Source: Lingula anatina
Taxonomy: Eukaryota > Animalia > Brachiopoda
Length of the DNA: 64,000 nt
NCBI GenBank assembly: GCA_051362555.1
Contig: CM120641.1
Coordinates: 29,580,401 to 29,644,400 of the forward strand
Direction of reading: 5' to 3'
Both the position numbers and the translations under genes were made by a program. Positions 50,066 through 62,135 of the stretch are shown here, piece by piece. The notes under the pieces were generated by a model. That model searched no databases and was not told the DNA's origin. It worked only from the letters and a program-made list of their open reading frames with translations. Every line of letters begins with the position of its first letter. The stretch's first letter is position 1.

Positions 50066-50842
50066 AGTCACAGCTATGTGTGTTGTCAAACCATACTTCA
50101 GGAAAGTGGAAGACCATTCACACCTGTTCACACAGGTGATATTTTATCTATCAACGAACAATATAAAACATTATTCAATGTTAAATTTCATTCTTGTAAA
50201 CACTGTTAAAAGTGCCACTACAGCAAAATTCACTGTAAACCCCTAATAAGGCTGCTTGAAATATTAAACATAACATTCTGCAAGAATATTATTTTGGCAA
50301 GGAGATCCACATCACCCGAAGTCTCAGAGTGCTGACTGCCTTGCTTCTCCACAAAGTTTTCACCTCAATTTACATTTCACAGACAGATCAGAAAAATCTG
50401 AAACTAGGGGTGACCAATCAAGTAAAAAACTTAAAGACTTCAATCCAGTATAAGATACGCTTGACCTTAAGAAGGTAAATATGACACTGATATGATAACA
50501 TGGTACACCTTGCAACATCTTTCACTTCTCATTAATTCTCCTTCAATGAAGATGCACTGGCCAATTCTGAAGTAGCACATTTTCATTGTGGTACATCCAA
50601 GGCAAGACATATCAGATTTTTAACAGCTAGTTAAGCAGCCTTGTGCAATAGCTATGTAGAACTTGTCTGTCCACGCTGCTTATATGACTAGCTCCAGAAT
50701 AATCTTATAATAATCCTTCACATATATTGCTCCTTTGTGCTATCAATCATTAAGATGGGGACTAATTCCTTGATTGCAATACATCTAAAATGCTTTCAAG
50801 CTTAGGCTGTTTTGTTTTAGTTTTTCATCTTTAATGATGCAC

Positions 50843-53800
50843 TTACATAGACGTTGAATGAGAAGATTCCGGGGTGGACACAGGTGTGGTCGGTTGCTGG
50901 CTAGGACCAGGAGCCCCATCAGTCACTGCATCATCCAGCAAACTCTCCAAATGTTCAACTATTTTATATCCCCTGTTCAAAGTAGACTCTGTGGACTGCC
51001 CCTGGGGACCATAATCTGTGCTACTCCCTGTACTAGCCCCAGGCACCGGTACTGTAGCACTGTTCAAAGAGCTACCAATGGAAGCCTGGCTCTGTGCAAT
51101 GTTAGCCCCGGGGCTGGGCTCCCTGCTTCTGCTGTTGCTCCCATCAGTTTGGGATATAACCTCTTCCTGACTAGGTGTACCCCGCCCATTGTCTTGCCCT
51201 GTTTCACTCACTATCTGAACTGTTACTGTATTTGCATTAACGGAATTACCGTTGGCATCCGGAGACATGGAGAGAGGAAGTCTTGGCCTTGTGGGCGACC
51301 CCAAAGTCCCAGCATGGGATCTGTATGTTGGTGGCCTGGAGGACGGGTAATCCTCCCCTAGCTTAGGGAAAGTGATATGAAGTCCTGGCCGTATTGTGCT
51401 ATTGTGAGATCTGTATGTTGGGGGCGGCGAGCTAGGAAGACTGCTATTGTCCCCATTGGCACATTGGGAAGATTGCTGCATTTGTGCTAGCATCAACTGA
51501 TGTTGGTATTCCTGCATAGAGGCATTATAAGATGGTGGTGGCCTTCTGTATCGAAATTCAGGATATATCAACCCTGGAAAATATATGAAAAACCATTGTT
51601 ATAATATACTACAAACTCTATCTACTTGACTGGGAGTTATTGACTGAATAAACCACAAAAAAGGTATAGTAATTACAGTACCCTTTCAACCACTATTCAC
51701 AGTCACTTATCTTTCCATTAAGAACAGTGTTATTATCTCTGTTAATTACTTCAGGCAGCTATAATAAAGACATAACAAGGACAAATGGCACATCACTAAT
51801 TGCAGAACATGAAAAATGGGAATTAAAAAATTAACACAATTAGTACAAAGTAACATCAGTAGCAGAATGCTTGACTTAATTTGTCTATAATTTAATAACT
51901 TCATAAGTGCACTTTCAGAAAATTCAACATCTGGCAGTATAGTTAAACACATTTTAAGAAATATTGGCTTTTGGGTCCAAGCAAGAATCCATTACCAGTC
52001 CAATCCATTGGTGCTGCATTCTAGATCCAAGTTGATACTAGATACGTAGTATTAATAACTCTTGACAAGATATCTAACAATGGGCTACTAATTGACAATG
52101 CAATATTCAAAGCTAACAGCAGAGTATCTGGGGCCTATGTAGTCGAACAATAAGTAATAATAAGGCCTGAGGAAAATTATATCCGTTTTACAACACTACG
52201 TAAATGAATCATCTCCATGAGAACAGACAATAGAGACTGATCAGATCATTAGCGGCCACCTGCCACTAACACACAATCATATGTTGTGCCATCATTGGAT
52301 ATTACTGTCATACTTGTATTTGCTAGTGTACAGTTTCCAAAATATTTCTCATCATTTCCAAACTCAGCATTTGCAAACTGTCCAATATTGATGTTTTATA
52401 GTTGTAGCAATTGTTTTAATTAACGAAACAGTGCCAAATGTGGTTTAATTTTTTTTTACCTTTTTTAAAAATTAAAAGAATGGTCTATTATAATAGGCAC
52501 TTTTTCTATGCTCAACTTTTTGAGTAGTGAAAAAATGTCTCTCAACTTTTCTTGCAAACACAACCGAATCTCAATGGTAATAAATCACATACCCATATAT
52601 GGTAACTGAGTTCTGTGGCAGTCAGGTCTACATGAATTATAACTCTATAATTTATCCAAAAATCTGAATTAACCCACACTGAGTCTATTCCTAGCAGACC
52701 ATCCTCTCCGAACAGACATCAAGAGATAGCAATCTTAATCACCCAGTGCCTTATTAGGCTTGAATGACTAAAATCAAGGAGCTGACAATCTAAACTGTGG
52801 GTGTGGTATTTCTTCATGACAGTGAGGCATCAGGAAAACAATGTGTCATCTAAATACAAGAAAGGCTGTACATGCACTATTTACCCCTTTTGGCCTGAAA
52901 TTGCCAAGACATACGATATGCATTTATTTTCTAATGGGCATTCCTCCTCCCACAAAGAAGAAATTATGACCTATAACTAACCAAACCCGACTCTGATGTC
53001 TTTTATGAAATGGCTTTGGTAAGGGAGACCCTTTTTTCTCTTTCCTTGAGTTGAAATTATATACTCACTGAAATCATGGTTTGTAAGGTGTGCCTTCAAG
53101 GTTAATATAAGTGTACACATTAATAAAATTGTCACTTCTAAAAGATCCATCCTCAAATCCACAGGGTTAACATTACCCATATTTTCCAATAGTATATAAA
53201 CATAACATATGTCACATGATTCACCATATTCCGAAATATAGCTAAAAAGGAAGGATTAAAATAATATTGTGAGTGTTAATTTCATTGGAATTTTTCTTTT
53301 CACGAGTATGATTCAAAACATTGGTTTTGATGTCCAGGGAAATGCTACATTCTAATTCTACTAGTTCTTATTTTTCCATTCTAAAAAATCTAACTTCTGC
53401 CAGTAGATGGAATCAAGGGCCTTGCAGTGCACAAATTATTCCACATCAGACATAGGTATGACTGATGGCTTCCATATAGTCATGCCTGCCAGTTACAAAA
53501 TACAACACTTATGGACTGCCCTAATTCAGCAAGACTTAAACTATATCTATCTGATAAGGACCCAGTGGTATCCATTTTCATTCTTATCACATGTTTAAGT
53601 AGCTAGATTGAGCACAAGTCCCCAGCTATGCAATTTACATCTCCATCTTGATGAAAATCTGCACCAATATGTCCTTTACTACCATTCCCTGATCCACCTA
53701 CATTTACAATTTCACCTTTACAAAACAAGAAGCCATGACACTCAAATAATACTAAGAAAAGCAATGCTACATTGTTAAATTGTCAAAAAAGTACGTACAA

Positions 53801-56800
53801 CCTACATTAAAACAACAAACTGTGCTTTCATAAAAAAAAACTTGTCATAAAGCCACAAATGTAATAGTGACACAAAACAAATACACTATGTCTTCTGTCC
53901 TTCGGTCATTTATATTTCACTGCATTAGTCACTGCCCCAGTGTGGCTGACTAGTCAAAAATGTCTTTTTCACATGGGACTGGACAATAGTAACATAAATA
54001 AACCACAAATCTGAGACCTAGATATGACAAATGGAAACCAAGTGACCACAAGAAAAGGTTATTTATGATTGTGTTTGGAAAAGGCATTCCATTGTCTTCT
54101 AACAGCTTTAATCACTGGATACCATAACAGATAAAAAAAAAAGCTATTTTTGCACACTTTGCAGAAAAAAAATTTGTGTCATTCTGTTGTGCTGTCATTT
54201 TAATACATATATATATGCTTTGAAGATTGATTTCATCTTTCTTCAGTAATATATTGGGAACGCTACATTTTCATAATTCTGGAAGCACAGGTTCAGTTAG
54301 TCTGGAGTATAATACAAATTATAACTAGAGGATCAGAGAGGCGATACCGCCTCCGAATATTGTACCACCAGCTGGAGCAAGCGCATTCGTATAGACCCCC
54401 ACATACACAAAATAAGGGACACAGCCACCAGTTTTGTGCTTGACAAGCTGTAAAAATGCAATCAACAAGAATTTTTAAACTATTGCAAAAAATATATATG
54501 GTACAATCAAATTTAAGTTCTTCGTAAGGTAGGTCAAGGGTCAATTTCAAGGTCACAGTAAATTGCCAGTATATGACTTCCTATTCAAGTTCAATAGTAA
54601 CTATGGACCTATCTCTGCCAGTTTTGGAGATAAAAGGGAAGCAAAATTTGCAAAGTTCAGTTTATGGTGAAAAGTAGGACAAAGGTCAATTTTAATGTCA
54701 CATTTATAATGCCAGTATATGACTTCCTATTCAAGTTCAATAGTATCTACGGACCTATCTCAGCCAGTTTTGGAGATAAAAGGAAAGCAAAATTTGCAAA
54801 ATTCAGTTTATGGTGTAAAGTAGGTCAAAGGTCAATTTCAAGGTCACATTTGGATTGCCAGTATATGACTTCCTATTCAAGTTCAATAGTAACTATGGAC
54901 CTATCTCAGCCAGTTTTGGAGATAATAGGGAAGCAAAATTTGCAAAATTCAGTTCATGGTGAAAAGTAGGTTAAAGGTCAATTTCAAGGTCACATTTAGA
55001 TTGCCAGTATATGACTTCCTATTCAAGTTCAATAGTAACTATGGACCTATCTCTGCCAGTTTTGGAGATAAAAGGGAAGCAAAATTTGCAAAGTTCAGTT
55101 TATGGTGAAAAGTAGGTCAAAGGTCAATTTTGAGGTCACATTTAGATTGCCAGTATATGACTTCCTATTCAAGTTCAATAGTAACTACGGACCTATCTCA
55201 GCCAGTTTTGGAGATAAAAGGGAAGCAAAATTTGCAAAGTTCAGTTTATGGTGAAAAGTAGGTCAAAGGTCAATTTTGAGGTCACATTTAGATTGCCAGT
55301 ATATGACTTCCTATTCAAGTTCAATAGTAACTACGGACCTATCTCAGCCAGTTTTGGAGATAAAAGGAAAGCAAAATTTGCAAAATTCAGTTCATGGTGT
55401 AAAGTAGGTCAAAGGTCAATTTTAAGGTCACATTTTGATTGCCAGTATATGACTTCCTATTCAAGTTCAATAGTAACTATGGACCTATCTCTGCCAGTTT
55501 TGGAGATAAAAGGGAAGCAAATTTTGCAAAATTCAGTTTATGGTGTAAAGAAGGTCAAAGGTCAATTTTAAGGTCACATTTTGATTGCCAGTATATGACT
55601 TCCTATTCAAGTTCAATAGTAACTATGGACCTATCTCTGCCAGTTTTGGAGATAAAAGGGAAGCAAATTTTGCAAAATTCAGTTTATGGTGAAAAGTAGG
55701 TCAAAGGTCAATTTTAAGGTCACATTTAGATTGCCAGTATATGACTTCCTATTCAAGTTCAATAGTAACTATGGACCTATCTCTGCCAGTTTTGGAGATA
55801 AAAGGGAAGAAAAATTTGCAAAGTTCAGTTCATGGTGAAAAGTAGGTCAAAGGTCACTTTCAAGGTCATAGTAAGATTGCCAGTATATGACTTCCTATTC
55901 AAGTTCAATAGTAACTATGGACCTATCTCTGCCAGTTTTGGAGATAAAAGGGAAGAAAAATTTGCAAAGTTCAGTTCATGGTGAAAAGTAGGTCAAAGGT
56001 CACTTTCAAGGTCATAGTAAGATTGCCAGTATATGACTTCCTATTCAACTTCAATAGTAACTATGGACCTATCTCTGCCAGTTTTGGAGATATAAGGGAC
56101 TAAATGTTATAATTTTGGAGTTACCATAATGTGCCTTAAATTTCGTACAGAAAAAATTAATTAAAATAAAGAAAATGTCATTTTGGTCAAAATTCTTGAA
56201 ATAGGAGGTGCTCTGAAGTTTCAGAAGTTCAAATTTGATGAAATAATGTCATTTTTGAACACAAGTTGTCTGCTTTGCCAAGCCTTATGTTTTATTTTTC
56301 CAGAGTTCAAAATTTATTATCCATTACCGTACTGCACATTTTGCTTTTACCACCAATATGTACTTTTTGATACAGCGTAACTCGAAAACCGTATGGAATA
56401 CAAAAAAACCGAGACCACCTCCAGTGTTGGGCTTTACATGCTCTACGAAATGCAAAAAAGAATGGGTCTCTAGCATTAACGGTTCCCGAATTAGAGACAG
56501 TTTTCAGTTTCGGTATCTTATGGCCGCTACTCCCGTGAAAATGCACCGATTGACCCCAAATTCATGGAGATGAAAGATGACCTGAAGGGTAACACCTTCC
56601 AATAATATTATTGGTTAAGTCTGTGTGGTGTCTGAATAACAGGGCAAAAAAAATTTTTTACGTAAAAAATTTCATTTTTTTGAAAATTTTGGCCCATTTG
56701 ACCTTGAAGTAAAGGTCAAAGGTCATATCCAAGGGTATATTTGAAATCTACACATATGACTTTTGGAAAGCCGTCTATAGAAATTTTTCCCATAACTCCT

Positions 56801-59097
56801 TCCGTAGGGTAGATAATTAGCATTTAATTTTGCCATTTTTAGACAAGGGTGCATTGCAATGAGTGCCACACCCAGACCCCAATACCGACAAAGCCCAAAT
56901 TTTACGTGGAACGAGTTGAGATTATAGGTGACCTAAATCCATGAGATGGGTACGGGGGCCCTTACCGTCTAGGAGGAGAAGCGGTAACGGTAGCCGTCCG
57001 GCGGAGCCAACGGAGCCGGCGGAGCCGGTGGAGCCGGCGGAACGATCCGGACGGGACCGAAACCATGTGTACCGCCAGCGCTAACGCTGGTGGTACAATA
57101 AGCATACTGGATATCATCATAGCAATCAAATGCATAGGAATACAATAATAAAGGGATTTCTTCTCAAGAGAGTCAAGACCAATCATCTCCAATGTGCATA
57201 TATGCCTTTAAGGCACATAAATTGCAGAATGTATTTAATTGTGTGATTTGAGCATAAAAGCTAAGAGCTATACATCTCTAGATTTTGGAAAAATACATTA
57301 GGAAGTTGGGAAGATTTGGAAAGGAATGACTAATCTTATAGTTAAAAGCAGTTATCAAAAGAAAAAAAAATAAATATCCTTCTTATCCAATAGGTGAATC
57401 TAGTTATATGAATGTTTGGGAATTTTTTGGGGTCAATATTTTATAGCAAAAGCAAGTCCAGTGCACTTTCCAAGTACCTGGAACAAATTACATGAGGTAG
57501 TAAAAGATACCCTTGCAAAATCACTACTGAAATAGATCACTTTGGCCCTTAATGCTTCCAAAATGTTAAGTTCACCAAACACCTGAACATATTTTACTCA
57601 ACCATATAGCAGAACATTGGAAAACAGAAGACAGCCCCAGGGAAAAATAGGGAATAGGGAACCTAGGGAAAATATTTTATATATATATACAAAAAAAGCA
57701 TTGCACCTAAGAATACAAAGTATTGATGGTAAAGGCCACAAGAGAGAACAAGATCCTAGGCTTTACACCGAAAAAAATCAATACGAAACATTGACTTCCA
57801 TGGACAGTTGGCAAGCAGTGATAACAGATATTCCCATTTGTCTGCAGAAAAGCCATTTATTCTGCTCTAACTGCCTTTGTAGGTTTATGCAACTGAAAGG
57901 CAATTTCTTTAATATCCAGTAGAAGCAGACTATGTGATTTTCATCCGACTTGGCATGTTCTTCTACCAATCAATACAAAGAAATTCAACCAAAAGAAACT
58001 CTTGCATCGAGGTAAAACAAGTATAGTATATTTGTATGCTGAAAATATTCAGCCACACAATCTTCCTATACAGGCCTTAATAAATGAAGTGTTGTTTTCA
58101 ATCTGTGAGTAACAAATAAGTGACTTTAGAATCATAATTTAATATTCATATTCCGACTCTTAGCATCAAGTTACCAATTCCAAATCACTAGTCCCCTTAT
58201 TTGCCTTTTGGACACTTTCATTATGTGCTGAAGATTTTGAAGAGCATATTTCACATTGTCCATGAATTTACAGAGCATAGCAATTAATAATTTCCAACTT
58301 CAAATTTAGGCAATTATGTAGGAGCATTACTGGGTCTTGGTGAAGATGTCTAAATCATCTCCCATTTGTTAATATAGGAAAAAGTGGAAAAAATATAATC
58401 CTTTTATGATATGGAATCTCGCATAGTTCTAACATGCAATTCCTTGTACTAGTATGTATATAGTAACTACTTTATTTTTTCAATGGGCATTAATTATTTT
58501 ACCTTCAGATACATAACTTTAAAATAAAAAAAATTACATTTTTATGTAGCATTTAGAAGCAAAGAGTAACCTGCTTTTTAATTTTGTTGCTACCACTAAA
58601 TGGCAGTTATTTCCCCCATTGAAAAGATCAAGTAATTACCGTCTTCTGCCACATTGTAAATAAATCTTTAAGTTAGTGGAAAAAAGAGCCTGAATCACAA
58701 GAGACCAGAATAAAAGCTGAAAAAAAAAACTTTACAAACTGTTTAAAGTCAATAGCTTGATGCTTGGAGTTAGTATTGGCAAAATCTGTTCAAATTTATT
58801 CAGTGAGCAAAGTCACCAATTCACGAACGACAATAATCATTTATATGGCTTGTCAAAGCAATGAAAATTTGGCACTATTCTTTTGGACTTTTTTTGACAA
58901 AAAAAAAAAAAATTAATATATAGACCTATACTAACCTGCATACCAGTTGAACCCCCTATCTGGAGCTCGCAGCCTTCCTCTGTGAAATTGTCGTGTGTTA
59001 TACTCCCCCAGACCAAATAGAAGATGACATGGCTCATGATCAGCCGGTGTACACTTCCAACCAATTCCTACCACCAAGACCAACATGACCCCAAGAC
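50843..59097 (-). CDS. 3' part of an uncharacterised membrane protein with PPxY motifs (5' exons not found)
   Basis: Exon 59097-58936 (GLGVMLVLVVGIGWKCTPADHEPC...FNWYA) ends at G|GTTAG and joins in phase to exon 51573-50843 (GLIYPEFRYRRPPPSY...PPPTY...RPPTY, then a Ser/Thr/Pro-rich tail). Candidate minus-strand AATAAA at ~49129-49134. Confidence 0.75.
54323..57101 (-). mobile_element. Non-autonomous Helentron/HINE (DINE-1-like Helitron2) carrying a satellite array
   Basis: Perfect 15-bp subterminal inverted pair TATTGTACCACCAGC (54358-54372) / GCTGGTGGTACAATA (57086-57100); adjacent IR at 57068-57080; stem-loop GAGGCG..CGCCTC at 54338-54353; AACTAG terminus; (GGAGCCGGC)n short repeat at ~57000-57040; TGACCTTGA/AAGGTCA motifs. 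Confidence 0.8.
54525..56095. repeat. 146-bp tandem satellite array, ~10.8 copies
   Basis: GCCAGTATATGACTTCC recurs at 54565, 54711, 54857, 55003, 55149, 55295, 55441, 55587, 55733, 55879 and 56025 (exact 146-bp spacing). Confidence 0.97.
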
Positions 59098-60574
59098 CTG
59101 GAAAATAACAATAACAAGGCAAATTAAATTTTTTTCAACCACAACAATAAAGAAAGGTATAAACATCACGTTTGCTTAGATAAATAAATGAATAAAAAAA
59201 ATTTTTTTCAAAAAAAAAAAAAATAAAAATAAATAAATAATAATTATAAAATAGAATTATACCTACAGATAAGATGAAAAATTTAAAAAGTGGCAGAGTT
59301 CTCAGTTGTGTTGTAAAGCAAGATTTATCAAAATTCATCACCAAAGGGGAGAAAGATCAAATATTTCAATATCCTTTTTAATTTTTGCTAAGACATGTGC
59401 GGGATCTTACGAACATTAACTATTTATAATGATCTATCTTTATTACACATATATACAGCTTATCAAATCACAACTGGCACCAGTGACATATTTATTCTTT
59501 TGCTTCTCAGCTGGTTTTATTACACATCCTGTTATGGTAGGACAAAGGCCCTTTTCAAACTGTGTAGTATATTCCTCTGTATTGCAATGTTTTGATAAAG
59601 TGTCACCTTGATAGCCTGGCTATTACGCAACAGAGTCCTAAAAACTGAGTTCCCATGCTCGACCCAGGCAGTTAACTGGATTTATTTTAACAGTTGGAAG
59701 TAAACTTATAAAAAAGAGCTTAAAACAACTATAGCATAATTATATGTTAAGACCAGTAAAAGTGTTGTGATTGGTATACTGTAGGATATAAAAAGGTCCA
59801 AAGACTCCTCTGCATATTATAGTAAATCATTTGTTTAAAGACAAACTCCTCTATTCTCTTTCACAATGGTGTTTGCTTGTATTCCCTTGGCAGCTTATTC
59901 ACCACACACTTAGAATGATATGATATCTGCCTAATATGTTTATTTAATATCTGCTATACTATTACTAAGGCAGTGTAACCCAAAGAAGCATGAGGACTTA
60001 ACAAGATCAATGTAATCAATACATGTTCTTGTTCCCAAATGACCCGATTTATATTGTTGAACAGGTAGGCCTAAATTGTATTCTATAGTCCTAGAAATGT
60101 GCACAAAAGAGTAATAGTCAATGTTTGTAACCTTTATAGCATATACTTCATATTGGTCAGCAATTATTAATAAACTCATTTATAAGGGGTCAATTTTTCA
60201 AACTATAAATATACTATAAATTCATACATTTATTTTACAGGTTTTATCATTAAAATCAAAAGCTACTATACTTTGGATGTTGTATTCAGTACTCTGTGTT
60301 CAAATGACACAAATAAAGGAGTCTATTATTACTTTCTGTGATTTTATGGCAGAATTCATTAAAAATATAGACAAGCAACTGTCAGAGCTGGGTAAATAAA
60401 GGTACAAAGCAGGTGTTTTACACAGACATACACCATGTCATATCAGAGTCACACAACATTGTTAGTCAAATATAAATAAAAAATAAGCAGCCTCTATAGT
60501 AGTGCTTTATATCATGCCATGATATACCTATGCTATGTCTTAACATTTCACATTTAATATACTGCAGAATAAGA

Positions 60575-60789
60575 CACCCCATTTCCATAGATTAGATCGA
60601 CCTACTTTAGATCGACCTAACTCCCTGGGGGTTCACGCTAAATAGCTGTCAGCCGGGCGGACAGGAAAGTTAATTACCCCCTTAAAGCTTGTAGTAGGCG
60701 GGACGGACATTTAAGTCGGATTATCTGAAAGTAATCTAGTGAGACTCCCCGCGGGGATAGATCGATCTAAAATCTATGGGAATAGAGCC
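60575..60789. mobile_element. MITE family A, subtype 2
   Basis: Near-identical to 32443-32657; TSD AGA/AGA. Confidence 0.9.
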
Positions 60790-60968
60790 AGAGAGTGAAT
60801 GTTAAATAAAAGGCTCAAGCATTGGCGAGTGATGTGCTCATGTCAGGAAAACTGACAGTCATTCAAGTATTACAATGTTTGTCTTTTCAAAACTGCAAAT
60901 ATCTGTAGAAAAAAGGGCTGATGACCCAGTTTAAATATCAGTGCAGGGTTACCGAGCCTGATACACCT

Positions 60969-61108
60969 AAGCCCCGTAACTCGAAAGCATCGCGCATTTG
61001 CGACCGAGCACAAGCACCTTGATTCCATAACTCGCCCCATATAATACATTGTAGCCTCTATGTGATATTGCTATTCGCAATGCGCGATGCTTTGGAGTTA
61101 CGGGGCCC
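60969..61108. mobile_element. Palindromic MITE, family B
   Basis: GCCCCGTAACTCGAAAGCATCGCGCAT ... ATGCGCGATGCTTTGGAGTTACGGGGC; homologous to 7383-7531. Confidence 0.85.
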
Positions 61109-61950
61109 TGATAGTAATATTCTATACTGTGCCACTGTGACTCAAACAAAACTTTAGACAAAGATACGAGGACAAATGTTAGCGTCATAGACCAAAACCC
61201 TCCAAGTATTGTTTGGATCAGTTACTTTTCATAAGCAAAATTAAGATGGGGAAGTCATCAAAATTTGAGCAGCTGTACATGTCAAAATTGCATAAATCTC
61301 ATTCAATCTATAATTGACAGACTATATATTATAAAAGATGCCACCTGTTTCATGGCATATCACTTACAAGTAGAGAAGATAAGGATATGCTTGACCTCCC
61401 AACAAAACTTATATATGATCCATTGTACACATACTCTGAACATGTCTGCTTGCCTTAAGTGTTGTTCTTATTATGAAATGTTATTCTATATAAAGTAAAT
61501 AACGTGGTGTCATCTTTTCTGAAAGGATGAACAATAGAACAGTAGGGCAAATATCTATATTTTTGTTTGGTTTAGTTAAAATCCTTATGGAATTGGCTTT
61601 TTTCTTCACCATATTTTATTTAGTTTTGCTGCCTCTGTATAATTGTACTATTCAGTTGCATTATGCCCTGTCCAAATATAGCCTTTGTTTGGAACAATAT
61701 AGCTAAGGACTTTCTGTCATACTTTGACTGATGGCTTAAGTCAAAAAGAATTAACATGACATTCGCCTATCAGTCACTTCTGACCCTCTTAATAGTTTCC
61801 ATTCTGTTCTTTGTGCATCACATAAAATCCATATGGAATTTGCTTATTTGTTTCATGTTAGAGACCAATTTAGTTCTGTCTTACATTTCCAAAGTGCAAG
61901 CACTTTTCCTGACTAAACAATCTGATCTTGCATCTTCTACTCTTTAATTT

Positions 61951-62135
61951 GGGGTCAGCGCGCTGTGCCGAGGGTTCGCTGTGCCGAGGGTTCGCTGTGC
62001 CGACAAAACCGGAAAATTGGTCTAAAATCGGCTAAGTTTTTCCGGAGCCCCAAAATCAAAGGTTCGCTATGCCGAAGGTTCGCTGTGCCGAAAGGATCTG
62101 GTTCGCTGTGCCGAGGGTTCGCTGCGCCGAAGAAG
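61951..62135 (+). mobile_element. Left arm of a second foldback/MULE-like element (15-bp tandem repeats); probably continues past the window end
   Basis: (GCCGAGGGTTCGCTGT)n in two blocks separated by a spacer ending AAAATCAAAGGTTC, the same architecture as 22374-22600 ((CCGAAGGTTCGATAGT)n). Confidence 0.65.

Noticed and set aside
50858-51361. 167-aa plus-strand ORF
   Set aside because: Antisense shadow of the PPxY protein's last exon.
50843-51573. Assigning the symbol WBP1/WBP1L or VOPP1
   Set aside because: The PPxY tail is similar in type, but the diagnostic Cys-rich ectodomain was not seen and the post-TM motif differs; no symbol assigned.
54664-55699. Repetitive ORFs (MPVYDFLFKFNSNYGP...)
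   Set aside because: Translations of the 146-bp satellite with a frame shift in each unit.
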